A stretch of 64,000 bases of DNA, from assembly GCA_965218435.1 (NCBI GenBank), contig CBDCKW010000009.1, positions 96,001-160,000 of the forward strand, in the 5' to 3' direction. This DNA is from Truepera sp. Its GTDB lineage: Bacteria; Deinococcota; Deinococci; Deinococcales; Trueperaceae. The translations under genes were made by a program, and so were the position numbers. Position 1 is the first letter of the stretch. Each line of letters starts with the position of its first letter. The notes beneath the pieces are model-generated. The model did not search any database. It saw only the letters and a program-made list of their open reading frames with translations, and was not told the origin of the DNA. This document shows, one piece after another, positions 29,075 to 38,708 of this stretch.

Positions 29075-29939
29075 TGCGCCCCCCCCACCACTCCATCACG
29101 CGCCGCACGATAAACACTGCGGCAAACACACTTACCGCGTTTAAGAGCGCTACCGCCGACGCGTACCCAGCTTTTAGGCTGGTAAAGAGCTGATAGTAAA
29201 TCTCGAGCGTCCACGTCTGCGTCGCCAGCTCCGGCCCGCCGTTGGTCAAGATAAAAGGCTCCGTAAACACCGAAAACATCGCCCCGACCGACAAGATGAT
29301 GACGGTGTAGAGAGACGGATAGAGCATCGGAAAGGTGATGGTCCAGAACTTCGTCCAAGCGTTCGCCCCGTCTAGGTTGGCCGCTTCGTAGAGTTCGACC
29401 GGGATGCTCTGCAACCCGGCCAAAAAGATCAGCGCGTCGTAGCCTGAAAACTTCCACGCCATCATCAGGCTGATGACGACGACCGCCAGCGCCGGATTGC
29501 CGAGCCAGTCGGGGTCGGCCCCGAACGCGGTGCGCAAAAACGCGTTAAAGGGGCCAAAGTAGTTGAGCACGCCGCGTACCACGAGGGCCGCCGCGACCCC
29601 GGAGGCCAGATAGGGCAAAAAAAAGGCAATCGCCAGCGCCCCTTGAAACCGTTTGACCGAGTTGATTAACAGGGCAATCACCATCGCCGAGGCGAGCGTC
29701 ACGGGGATAAAAATCGCCATGAACTTAAACGGCGTCAGCGCCGCCGCCCGGACGCGGTCGTCTTGCAACGCGTCGGTAAAGTTTTTGAGGCCGATAAAGT
29801 CGCTTTGCGGCGAAATCAGGTCCCACGACTGCGTGGAAAGCCACACGCCCCAGAGGAGCGGAATCAGAAAAAAAACGAAGGTAAAAAGGAGATAAGGGGA
29901 GGCCAAGAGCCACCCCCACCTCGAGAAGTACCGCTTCAC
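29061..29939 (-). CDS. Carbohydrate ABC transporter permease
   Basis: LYEAANLDGA EAA motif. Confidence 0.93.
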   Translation of the reverse strand: MKRYFSRWGWLLASPYLLFTFVFFLIPLLWGVWLSTQSWDLISPQSDFIGLKNFTDALQDDRVRAAALTPFKFMAIFIPVTLASAMVIALLINSVKRFQGALAIAFFLPYLASGVAAALVVRGVLNYFGPFNAFLRTAFGADPDWLGNPALAVVVISLMMAWKFSGYDALIFLAGLQSIPVELYEAANLDGANAWTKFWTITFPMLYPSLYTVIILSVGAMFSVFTEPFILTNGGPELATQTWTLEIYYQLFTSLKAGYASAVALLNAVSVFAAVFIVRRVMEWWGGRNGWR

Positions 29940-29942
29940 CGC

Positions 29943-31214
29943 CTAGTTACCTAAAAGACCCTGCATCGCGGTTTTAGCGTCGGCCCACGCCTGCTCGGGC
30001 GTTTTATCGCCCTTGACCGCCGGAATCAGCCCTTCGTCTGAAAGTGCGGTTTGAATGTCGGAATAGTTTTGGTTGACAATGGGCGGTACCGCATACGGGA
30101 TTTCTTCAGCGTATTGGACCAACGCCGGGTTGTCTTTTAAGAAGCTCGAGAAAACCTGGTTGCTGCTTACGTCGTCCCGGGTCGGCGGTAAATTAGTCGT
30201 TTGAAACCAGGTGAGGTCGTGTTTGGGGTCTGCGTAGACCCATTTGACGAACTCCCAGGCGGCGTTACGCGCGTCCTCCGGCGCTCCGGCAAAGATGACT
30301 AGGCCCTTAGCGTCGGCAAAGGTGTAGACCGGTTTGCCTTTGGCGGTAGTGTCGGGGGTCGGCGGATCGGTCAAAACGTATTCTTCGCCTAAATTCAGGT
30401 CGGGATAGTTTTCGCGCCAGCTCGAGAACGTCCACGGCCCCAGTTCACTCCAGACGCTGTTACCCGTCTCGAACGGCGTTTGCACCTCACGCGTTAAGAT
30501 ACAACCCGCGTCGTTGAGTTTTTGGTAAAAGTCGAATACGGCGATGGCCGCCTGGTCGTCGGCGGTGATTTCGTTGCCGGTAATGAACGGTTTGCCGCCC
30601 GAAGCTGCGTCATAAAGGGTAAAAAAGTCAAACCAGCGTTGCCACCAGACGTTCGTTACGAGGTCGGCCCTGGCCAGCAAAAACTTGTTCGGGTCGGCCT
30701 CTTTGATGGTTTTGCAAGCGTCTAACACCCCGCTATACGTTGCGGGGGGCGTTTTGACACCGCCTGACTGCAAGATGTCGCTCCGCCACCCGAAGAGCAT
30801 CGCGTTGGTGTAGATGGGGAAGATGTAGTAGTTATCGTCGGGGAATGTCCACGCTTTGACGGCAGTTGTGGCGTCCCTAGACTTGACTAACTCGTCCCAA
30901 CCGGGCAGCGTATTGAGCGGCACGATAGCCTTGGCGTTATAGAGCTGCGCACCGAAGCCGATAAAGATGTTTTCAGCAATCGTCGGGCTGTTACCGCCTG
31001 CGAGTGACGCGAGAATGGCCGCTTCAGACGACGGCGTTTCGGGAATCGGCGTTACCGTGACGGTCACGTCCGGGTTGACCTCTTTATACGCCTTCGCCAT
31101 CTCTTCCCAAAACTGCGTTTGGGTGGGGTTGGGCGCAGACCAAAAAGTCACCTCTTGGGCAGCACTTAAAGAACCTATAATGAGACACGCGACCAGCAAA
31201 CCGATACGTTTCAT
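29943..31214 (-). CDS. Sugar ABC transporter substrate-binding protein
   Basis: Signal peptide, family 1 SBP features, first gene of the operon. Confidence 0.9.
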   Translation of the reverse strand: MKRIGLLVACLIIGSLSAAQEVTFWSAPNPTQTQFWEEMAKAYKEVNPDVTVTVTPIPETPSSEAAILASLAGGNSPTIAENIFIGFGAQLYNAKAIVPLNTLPGWDELVKSRDATTAVKAWTFPDDNYYIFPIYTNAMLFGWRSDILQSGGVKTPPATYSGVLDACKTIKEADPNKFLLARADLVTNVWWQRWFDFFTLYDAASGGKPFITGNEITADDQAAIAVFDFYQKLNDAGCILTREVQTPFETGNSVWSELGPWTFSSWRENYPDLNLGEEYVLTDPPTPDTTAKGKPVYTFADAKGLVIFAGAPEDARNAAWEFVKWVYADPKHDLTWFQTTNLPPTRDDVSSNQVFSSFLKDNPALVQYAEEIPYAVPPIVNQNYSDIQTALSDEGLIPAVKGDKTPEQAWADAKTAMQGLLGN

Positions 31215-31316
31215 GTGACCTCCTCTCTAAAAGACGAACCTACCTGCGGGCGACCCTTTCTTTACCCCCTAAACCGGTAGCGGTTGACGAGCCTAAAATG
31301 CCGCTACCAAAGTTTC

Positions 31317-31360
31317 AAAAACGTTTCCGGTACCTTAGCATCAGCTCAACCTAGGGTCAA
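31317..31360 (-). promoter_or_regulatory. Promoter with probable LacI operator
   Basis: Minus strand TTGACC-N17-TAAGGT followed by GGAAACGTTTTT, a LacI-type AAACGTTT core. Confidence 0.65.
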
Positions 31361-31561
31361 GAGGGCGTCAATGAGGATAAAAGATGAACGGGTCGGCACA
31401 AAAGAAATACCCACTTTTACGGCGAAAATCCCAGCGGCGTAGGTGTGCTTGGTAGGTATAAAAGGTGTTACAGTCATAAATTCCACTGCTTCTACAAACG
31501 CTGTACCCGCCGACTCGCTACGACTTGCTGACAGCTTTGGTACGGCGTGCCCACAAAACTG

Positions 31562-32386
31562 TCACGCAAACAGGCGGCGAAACTCTTTGGGCGTCACGCC
31601 GACGGCTTTTTTGAACTGCTTTGAAAAGTGAAACTCGTCAAAAAACCCGAGCTCGAGCGCAACCCTTCTCAGGGTCATGGGGTCACGGACAAGCAGCTCA
31701 CAAGCCTTCTGCATTCGTAGCTGAGCGAGGTACCGACCCGGAGACACGTGCGCTTCTCTGACGAAACGTTTGCGGAAACCCTCGTAGGTCATCCCCAGCT
31801 TTCCGGCGAGGTCAGGGTAGTCGGGAGACGTGGTGACGTACGCGGCTAACAACTCAGTCGCCAGCGCCAACCAACGGGGTTCTGCACGCTCGTGGCGTTT
31901 CTGCTGGGTTAGCACGTCGGCCAAAAGTTGTTGCACTCGGCACAGCCGCGCCAGGGCAAACTCAGCGCCCGCCTGGGGGTCGGTCCACGCCGCCGCGACG
32001 ACGCGCCCCTGCCAATGGTCAACCGGCTCGAGGTGGTAAAGCGGCCGTTCGGGTTTCAGCAAGCCCTGCTGTCGCCACAGCTCAACCACACTGCCCTCAA
32101 AGACCACAAAGGTCTCGCTCCAAGGGTCTTGACCTATGGGGCCGTACACATGACTGATGTCAGGAAAAATGACGAGCAGGTCACCGGGCCGCAGCGAAGC
32201 TGAGTAGCCCGTCTCGTCACGGAAGTACCCGCGTCCGCCGGTGACATACACCAAGGCGTAAAGACCGAACACCCGGGGCGACGCAACGCCACTGCTTTGC
32301 TGCAGCACACCGGCCAGCTTGACCTGACCGAGCGGGCTGCTCGAGCCGGTGTCGAAAACGACGTACTTATCGGCTTCTGCTTTCAT
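31562..32386 (-). CDS. AraC family transcriptional regulator
   Basis: Cupin N-terminus, C-terminal GFFDEFHFSKQFKKAVGVTPKEFR; start uncertain (ORF open to 32455). Confidence 0.9.
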   Translation of the reverse strand: MKAEADKYVVFDTGSSSPLGQVKLAGVLQQSSGVASPRVFGLYALVYVTGGRGYFRDETGYSASLRPGDLLVIFPDISHVYGPIGQDPWSETFVVFEGSVVELWRQQGLLKPERPLYHLEPVDHWQGRVVAAAWTDPQAGAEFALARLCRVQQLLADVLTQQKRHERAEPRWLALATELLAAYVTTSPDYPDLAGKLGMTYEGFRKRFVREAHVSPGRYLAQLRMQKACELLVRDPMTLRRVALELGFFDEFHFSKQFKKAVGVTPKEFRRLFA

Positions 32387-32536
32387 CCCAAATCTTACAT
32401 GAACATACCACTCTAGCCATTCTACGGGCGGGCTGTCCCCGCTATGATCGTCCAATCAACTACGAATAGGCGTCTGCACTATTGCCCGACACTCTACCAA
32501 AACGGCGATACAGCGCCCTTCTTGAGGAGGTCAGCC

Positions 32537-33457
32537 ATGGTGACCGAACCGACACATTTGGAACGTCCGTTAACGAGTAACGGTACGCCGCTTGACCTGT
32601 CGCCCAAACGCTTGGGGCAACTCGAGCCCAGCGACCCCGCGACGCCTATCTCGGAGCTGAGAGCGCAGTATGAAAGGCAAGGCTACCTCTGGCTCAAACG
32701 GTTTTTCGAACCGCACGACATTAGGGCGTTTAGAGAGCGGTTTTTCTCCGCGTTTGCGGACTTGGAACTGCTGGCCGCCGGAACGCAGCCCGCTGAGGGT
32801 ATCTATTCAGGCCGAGACATCAGCGCGAGCGTAACCAACAAAGTGTTAATGGAGTTTGTCCGTACCGCCGCTTACGAGTCGTTTTGCTTGCAGCCAAAAC
32901 TGTGGCAGTTTTACGATGCTTTTTTATGGGGGCCGTCGTACCTACATAAACGTAAAATCATCCGCTACACCACACCTGCTACGCCCGAAACGGCCCGCTC
33001 GACCGGTGCGCATTACGACCTTATCTACCTGCGCTCGGGCACCGACCGGGTGTGCTCGAGCTGGATTCCACTCGGTGACGTTCCTGTAGCGATGGGCGGC
33101 CTGGTGTACCTCGAGGGTTCGGACGCGCTAGGCCGAAAGATGGAAGCCGACTCCAGCCGCCGCAACAAGGACTTGCCACGCGCTGAACAGATCAGCGCCT
33201 ACAACAAAAATATGGGCAAAGGCTGGCTTTCGAAAGACTTGCGCTCACTCGCCGAAAAAGCCGACGGGCGCTGGCTCATGGCCGACTACGAAGCGGGCGA
33301 TATGGTCGTTCACAGCGCCTATATGATTCACGCCGCGACCGACAACACCGACCCGGCGGGGCGGATGCGGCTGTCGACCGACATTCGTTACCAGAACGTC
33401 CGCGATGAGATTGACGCCCGCTGGGAAAACCATTGGACGTTAGGGGACATGTTGTAG
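32537..33457 (+). CDS. Phytanoyl-CoA dioxygenase family (Fe/2-oxoglutarate) enzyme
   Basis: HYD...IHAA...RLSTDIRY; GAGGAGG before ATG 32537. Confidence 0.88.
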   Translation: MVTEPTHLERPLTSNGTPLDLSPKRLGQLEPSDPATPISELRAQYERQGYLWLKRFFEPHDIRAFRERFFSAFADLELLAAGTQPAEGIYSGRDISASVTNKVLMEFVRTAAYESFCLQPKLWQFYDAFLWGPSYLHKRKIIRYTTPATPETARSTGAHYDLIYLRSGTDRVCSSWIPLGDVPVAMGGLVYLEGSDALGRKMEADSSRRNKDLPRAEQISAYNKNMGKGWLSKDLRSLAEKADGRWLMADYEAGDMVVHSAYMIHAATDNTDPAGRMRLSTDIRYQNVRDEIDARWENHWTLGDML

Positions 33458-33520
33458 CGAATTTGCTCAAGATAAGTGACCGCAAAGTTTTAGGTATCGC
33501 CCTTTAAAGGAGGAAACACC

Positions 33521-34906
33521 ATGACCAAAGACGCCGCAACAAAACCCTTTCTTCAGCACCTGGCTACGATCTCGAGTTCTACGATTTCGCGCCGCACCTT
33601 TTTGAAGCTGACCGGAGCGACGGGCGCAGCGGCGGCACTCGGGAGCCTGACCCCGGTCGGGTTTGCCCAGGAACCGGTGACACTGACCTATTGGCACGGT
33701 TGGACGGGCGAATGGGAGAAGATGGTGCAGTTCGTCGTCGATATGTTTCACGAACAGCAAGACCGGATTCGTGTCAATCCGGTGGTCGTCCCCCAAGATC
33801 AACTCTTGGCGAAGCTGAGCGCGGCGATTGCTGCGGGTAATCCGCCGGATATTACGACGCTGTTCGGTTCTACGGCAATTCCGACCCTTGCCCGTCAAGG
33901 TGCGATTATGGCGCTCGAGGACGTTGGCGGCGTTGATTTAGCGGCGGCGCAGGCGTGGTTCGACCCGGACATCTACAAGCTCGGTCAGTTTGAAAATAAA
34001 ACCTATGGCCTTTCGTATTGGGCCGGTGATTTTGCGCTGCTCTACAACAAGGCGCACTTTGAGGCGGCGGGGCTCGACCCGGACAAAGGCCCGACGACGA
34101 TCGCCGAACTCGACGCCTACGCCGAAAAACTGACTGTCAAAGACGGCGATAAAATCACTCGGCTGGGCTTCTTACCCAACGATTTATGGCTCTGGGGAAC
34201 CGTTTACGGGGGCAGCTTTTACAACGCCGAAACCGGGCAGGTCACGGCGAACGATCCGGGCGTTGTCGAGGCGCTCGCTTGGATTCGCTCATACCCTGAA
34301 AAGTACGGCGCGCGGGAAGTGGCGGCGTTTCAGTCAGGGCTCTCGAGCGAGCGAGCGCAAAACCTCGACCCGTTTATCGCAGGCAAATATTCGATGCAGA
34401 TTCAAGGCCCGTGGAAGCTCGGCGATATCCGCAACTTCGGTCAAGATGTGCAGTACGGGGTAGTTGCGCCGCCCGTTCCCGAAACCGGGATGCCCAAAGC
34501 CAACTGGACGTGGGGCGACATCCAGATCATCCCGACCGGCAGCAAAGACCCTGCCGCCGCCGCCGAGTTCGTGCTGTTTACCGGTGGTGTGAATGATCCC
34601 AAAGGCTACGTCAAGCGTGTGACCTGGGGTGACCGACCCATTAACGTACCCGTATCTAAAAAAGTCATCGAGAATCCGGCCTTTCAAAAGGTGGTCAGCG
34701 AATACCCTGGGTTTGATACCTTTGTCGAGGCACTCCTGAGCGCCGAGCGGGTGGGTTCGCCCCCGGTGATGGCGGCGGCTGCCTTTTACGCCGAGCGCAT
34801 GACGGCGATGCTCGAGCGCGTGATGCTCTTACAGCTCGAGCCCCAAGCCGCTTTAGACGGCCTGACCGACGAGGTTCAGCGTCAACTTCAGGCTATGGGC
34901 GGCTAG
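33521..34906 (+). CDS. Tat-exported sugar ABC substrate-binding protein
   Basis: SRRTFLK Tat motif; family 1 SBP motifs. Confidence 0.9.
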   Translation: MTKDAATKPFLQHLATISSSTISRRTFLKLTGATGAAAALGSLTPVGFAQEPVTLTYWHGWTGEWEKMVQFVVDMFHEQQDRIRVNPVVVPQDQLLAKLSAAIAAGNPPDITTLFGSTAIPTLARQGAIMALEDVGGVDLAAAQAWFDPDIYKLGQFENKTYGLSYWAGDFALLYNKAHFEAAGLDPDKGPTTIAELDAYAEKLTVKDGDKITRLGFLPNDLWLWGTVYGGSFYNAETGQVTANDPGVVEALAWIRSYPEKYGAREVAAFQSGLSSERAQNLDPFIAGKYSMQIQGPWKLGDIRNFGQDVQYGVVAPPVPETGMPKANWTWGDIQIIPTGSKDPAAAAEFVLFTGGVNDPKGYVKRVTWGDRPINVPVSKKVIENPAFQKVVSEYPGFDTFVEALLSAERVGSPPVMAAAAFYAERMTAMLERVMLLQLEPQAALDGLTDEVQRQLQAMGG

Positions 34907-34918
34907 GCAAAAGGCTTC

Positions 34919-35812
34919 ATGGCCCTTTCCGATTACCGTTCAGCACAGCGTTCAAACCGGGTGGCGGGTCGCCGGGAAGCGCGGACCCGCCGCGCCGTCC
35001 GCCGCCTGTTTCGTCACCTGTTTCTTATCGCACTCAGCTTATTGTTTCTCGCACCGTTCGTGTGGATGGTCTCGACTTCGTTCAAGACGAACGCGCAAGT
35101 GGTCGAGTGGCCCCCACGGTGGCTGCCGAACCCACTGCACCCGGCAAATTATCCTGGCGTGTTCGCGTCAATTCCGCTCTTGACCTACGCGAAAAACACG
35201 CTGATCGTCACCTCGCTCAGCGTCATCGGCGCGGTCGTCTCGAATTCAGTGATCGCTTACGGCTTTGCGCGTATCCGCTGGCCCGGACGAGACGTACTTT
35301 TTATCATCACCTTAGGCACCTTGATGCTCCCCTTTCAGGTGACGATGATCCCGCTGTTCATCATGTTTTCAAAGATGGGCTGGGTCAACACGTTTCTGCC
35401 GCTGATCGTCCCGGCGTTTCTGGGCAACGCCTTCTACATCTTTTTACTCCGGCAGGTCTACTTGGGGATTTCGGAGGAGTTCTCCGAAGCGGCGCGGATC
35501 GAGGGCGCGTCGGATTTGCATATCCTCTGGCACATCATCGTGCCGCTGGCGCGTCCGGCCCTTTTAAGCGTCGCGCTCTTTCAGTACCTTGCGTCGTGGA
35601 ACGACTTTTTAGGGCCGCTCTTATACCTTAACGACGCCTCGAAGTTCACCCTGGCGCTGGGACTCGCCAACATGCAGTCGGCGCTCGGATTATCCGACTT
35701 CGGGCAGATTATGGCCGCTGCAACGATGATCGTGCTGCCGGTCATTGGGGTCTTTATGTTTACGCAGCGGTACTTTCTCGAGGGCATCGCCGCGTCGGGG
35801 CTTAAAGGCTAA
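34919..35812 (+). CDS. Carbohydrate ABC transporter permease (MalG-like)
   Basis: EAARIEGAS, WNDFLGPL. Confidence 0.93.
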   Translation: MALSDYRSAQRSNRVAGRREARTRRAVRRLFRHLFLIALSLLFLAPFVWMVSTSFKTNAQVVEWPPRWLPNPLHPANYPGVFASIPLLTYAKNTLIVTSLSVIGAVVSNSVIAYGFARIRWPGRDVLFIITLGTLMLPFQVTMIPLFIMFSKMGWVNTFLPLIVPAFLGNAFYIFLLRQVYLGISEEFSEAARIEGASDLHILWHIIVPLARPALLSVALFQYLASWNDFLGPLLYLNDASKFTLALGLANMQSALGLSDFGQIMAAATMIVLPVIGVFMFTQRYFLEGIAASGLKG

Positions 35813-36717
35813 TGGCAATCGTCACCAAAAAACGCACCTCACGGGCGCAGCGATGGGCCTTGATTCGTGGCCTTGCCTTTGTCAGCCCCTGGCTTGTTGG
35901 GCTCTGCTGGTTTTATATCTATCCCTTTTTCGCCTCGCTCTACTACAGCTTTCGCAACACCACCCCGTTTTCTGCCGGAACGTTTTTAGGGCTCGAGAAT
36001 TACCGCTTACTCGTCAGCGATCCGCTTTTTTGGCGCTCGCTGCTTAACACCTTTTACTTTACGGGCGTTTCCGTCATTTTAGGCAACTTGTTTGCCCTAG
36101 CCCTGGCGCTGCTCTTAAGTCAGCGGCTGCGCGGGATGACCTTTTACCGCACCATCTTTTACCTGCCGAGCATCGTGCCGTTTGTAGCGGTCTCGGTCGT
36201 CTGGATTTGGATTTTGCATCCGCAGTACGGGATTGTCAATTACGCGCTCGAGCGGCTCGGTTTGCCCGCTTTAGGTTGGTTTAGCGATCCCAACTGGGCG
36301 ATGCCCGGTCTTATCTTGGTAAGTCTATGGAGCACCGGCAACATGATGGTCATCTATCTGGCGGGGCTGCTCGACGTACCTAGAGAATTACACGAGGCGG
36401 CGACGATTGACGGCGCGTCGGCGTGGCAACGGACGCTCCGAATTACCATTCCGCTGCTGACGCCGATCATTCTTTTCAACGTCATTATCGGGCTGATCGG
36501 CGGCTTTCAGTATTTTATTCAGCCCTACATCATCACCCAAGGTGGTCCGGCGGATTCGACCTTGGTTTACGCGCTTTACCTCTATCAGAACGCGTTTTCT
36601 TACTTTCGGATGGGTTACGCCTCGGCGATGGCCTGGGTGCTCTTCGTCGTGATCATGATCGTGACGCTGCTGGTGTTTCGCTCGTCGGGGCGTTGGGTTT
36701 TTTACCGGAACCGCTGA
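35812..36717 (+). CDS. Carbohydrate ABC transporter permease (MalF-like)
   Basis: EAATIDGAS, GYASAMAW. Confidence 0.93.
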   Translation: MAIVTKKRTSRAQRWALIRGLAFVSPWLVGLCWFYIYPFFASLYYSFRNTTPFSAGTFLGLENYRLLVSDPLFWRSLLNTFYFTGVSVILGNLFALALALLLSQRLRGMTFYRTIFYLPSIVPFVAVSVVWIWILHPQYGIVNYALERLGLPALGWFSDPNWAMPGLILVSLWSTGNMMVIYLAGLLDVPRELHEAATIDGASAWQRTLRITIPLLTPIILFNVIIGLIGGFQYFIQPYIITQGGPADSTLVYALYLYQNAFSYFRMGYASAMAWVLFVVIMIVTLLVFRSSGRWVFYRNR

Positions 36718-36954
36718 CTTTATATCAGGTTTTTGTCACCGATTTGGTTTTGCCATTGTTAAGACCGGACTAGAAGCGTCGAAGCTTACCCGATGCCCTT
36801 ATACTCTGATTGTATAGCTGATTACGCTACCCTCACTAAAGGTTTCAAAATGGCTGTTAGTAAACCTGGCTGCTGGACTCGAGCCCCTAAAAGGTAGTTT
36901 GCCCGCATTGGCTCACGCCGCAACTTTACGGGAGGACTGACTTGATACCTAAGA

Positions 36955-36982
36955 CAAGAACGCTCACGTGTGAGCGTTCTTG
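36955..36982. terminator. Perfect inverted repeat, probable terminator of the S8 peptidase gene
   Basis: CAAGAACGCTCAC-GT-GTGAGCGTTCTTG. Confidence 0.65.
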
Positions 36983-37009
36983 AAACTTGTGGCTGATTTT
37001 GAGCGTTCT

Positions 37010-38350
37010 CTACCGAACGACTTTTAGAAACGCTTCGATGTCAAGTCCACCTTTGCCGATCCCGTTTTTGTAAGCTTTGTTTTGACCGTTGCCGTAAAGG
37101 TCGTCTGTTTGTTCCATCAGTACGTCAGCGAGCCTGCTGCGGTCTACGTTGAGGGACTCGCCGAGAGCAAGCGCCAGCGCCCCTGAAGCCATCGGTGCGG
37201 CCTGCGAGGTGCCCGTCCAGGCGGCTAAACTCAGTTCCGGTGCCGGACCGAAGACGCGTTCGCCCGGGGCGGCGAGTTCGACCTCTTTGCCGTAGGTGGC
37301 AAAGTCCGACTTCGCGCCCGCCAGCGTGATACTCGTAACGCTGGTGCGCAGACGTCCGGCCTTACCATTGGCTTTTGAAGCGGGGAAGGTCACCTCTTTG
37401 TTGCCGGTGTTGCCGCTCGAGGCAACCACAAACACTCCCTGCTTATTGGCCCACTTGATGGCTTCGTCGACGGCTTTGATATCTTTGTCGCTGCCGAGTG
37501 AAAGGTTGATGATGTCAGCACCTTGGTCTGTCGCCCACTGGATGGCCGCAGTGAGGTGCGCCACGTCGCCCGAACCGTCAGGACGGAGCACCCGGATAGG
37601 CAAGATCGTCGCGCGCGGCGCAACTTGGCGGATGATGCCCGCGACGTTGGTGCCGTGCCCATAACCGTCGGCGCTTAGGTTTCCCTCTTCTCGAGGCAAA
37701 TTGTCGTTGTCTACAAAATCCTTCCATTCCGCAGCCGGTGCAAGCGCCTCTGCCAGCGCCGGGTGCGCCAGGTCAATCCCGGTGTCGATCACCGCGACCT
37801 TGACGTTATAGCCCAGGTTTTTGGCGAGCGTCTGGCCTTGCTCGAGGTGCACCCGTTGCCAAATCGCCGTGTTTTCCGGCATCCAGAGATACTGACCGTT
37901 CGACCACAGCTCAGCTCCGCCTCCTGCCCAAGTGCGCGACCTGCCACCGGCCCAGGTACGCGACCTGCCGCCAGCCCAAGTGCGTGAGCGCCCGTCCATC
38001 CAGGCGACCTCGCCCCCCGCTAAAAAGGCGTTGCGGCTCTCCTCGAGGGTCAGGTTCGCCCATTCGTCACTCGTGGCGTCGGCTTGGACGCTCAAGGCGC
38101 TGTCAAGCCCGACCACGGCGTAGACACCTGGCTGCCAGACGACGATCTCGCCGCCGTAACGCCTTTCGATGTTGGCGCGCGTGTCGCTCGGCTTAAGCGT
38201 CACGGTCAGCACGTAGTCGGGCCGCGCTGTAGCCGTGCGCGTCGCGGCCGGTGCCGAGGTCTGACAACCGGTCATGAACAGTAAGAGTGTGGCCGCAAGC
38301 AGATAATAGTTCCTCCGGCCGTAACGAAGACGTAATAGATGAAGTTTCAC
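37010..38350 (-). CDS. S8 (subtilisin-like) lipoprotein peptidase with internal octapeptide repeats
   Basis: MTGC lipobox; catalytic DTG, HGT, GTS motifs; (GRSRTWAG)x3 between the pro-region and catalytic domain. Confidence 0.93.
   Translation of the reverse strand: MKLHLLRLRYGRRNYYLLAATLLLFMTGCQTSAPAATRTATARPDYVLTVTLKPSDTRANIERRYGGEIVVWQPGVYAVVGLDSALSVQADATSDEWANLTLEESRNAFLAGGEVAWMDGRSRTWAGGRSRTWAGGRSRTWAGGGAELWSNGQYLWMPENTAIWQRVHLEQGQTLAKNLGYNVKVAVIDTGIDLAHPALAEALAPAAEWKDFVDNDNLPREEGNLSADGYGHGTNVAGIIRQVAPRATILPIRVLRPDGSGDVAHLTAAIQWATDQGADIINLSLGSDKDIKAVDEAIKWANKQGVFVVASSGNTGNKEVTFPASKANGKAGRLRTSVTSITLAGAKSDFATYGKEVELAAPGERVFGPAPELSLAAWTGTSQAAPMASGALALALGESLNVDRSRLADVLMEQTDDLYGNGQNKAYKNGIGKGGLDIEAFLKVVR
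37922..37993 (-). repeat. 3 x 24-bp coding tandem repeat (GRSRTWAG)
   Basis: Identical peptide with only synonymous nucleotide differences between copies. Confidence 0.95.
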
Positions 38351-38406
38351 TTCTCACTCCTTAGGTGTTACTAACGGGTAAGCCTGTCCCCCCGTAGCAC
38401 ACCGAA

Positions 38407-38440
38407 AGTCTAAAGTGAAAAGCCTGACGAAATTCTTACT
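38407..38440 (-). promoter_or_regulatory. Direct-repeat promoter of the S8 gene
   Basis: AGTAAG-AATTT-CGTCAG-N11-TAGACT on the minus strand. Confidence 0.65.
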
Positions 38441-38565
38441 TTCTGCTGACCGGCGTAAAGCTCTAAACGAAGCTGGCTGCGACGCCGTTTAGGTCAGCGT
38501 GCCCCTTTACGTTCCGGGCTCCTTTATAAAGATCGTTGCCCTTCTTCGAACCCGAGCTGCTGAGT

Positions 38566-38599
38566 TGTAAGAGTTTTGTCAGTCGGTGTTGTTTAGCGT
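38566..38599 (+). promoter_or_regulatory. Direct-repeat promoter of the TPR-HD-GYP-GGDEF gene
   Basis: TGTAAG-AGTTT-TGTCAG-N11-TAGCGT. Confidence 0.65.
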
Positions 38600-38708
38600 A
38601 GGGTGCGGCTCACGTTTTGAACCGCAAAACTTACCGACCTGGGGATTCTGATGTGGCAGCGCGGCAGTCTAGACCAAAAATGTATCCGGGGCTCCGTCAG
38701 GGGCGATT

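Noticed and set aside
37922..37993. 24-bp tandem repeat as a possible CRISPR array or VNTR
   Set aside because: No spacers; in-frame coding repeat with synonymous divergence; no cas genes in the window
38600..38708. c-di-GMP riboswitch in the leader of the TPR-HD-GYP-GGDEF gene
   Set aside because: GEMM-type tetraloop/receptor architecture not recognisable by eye
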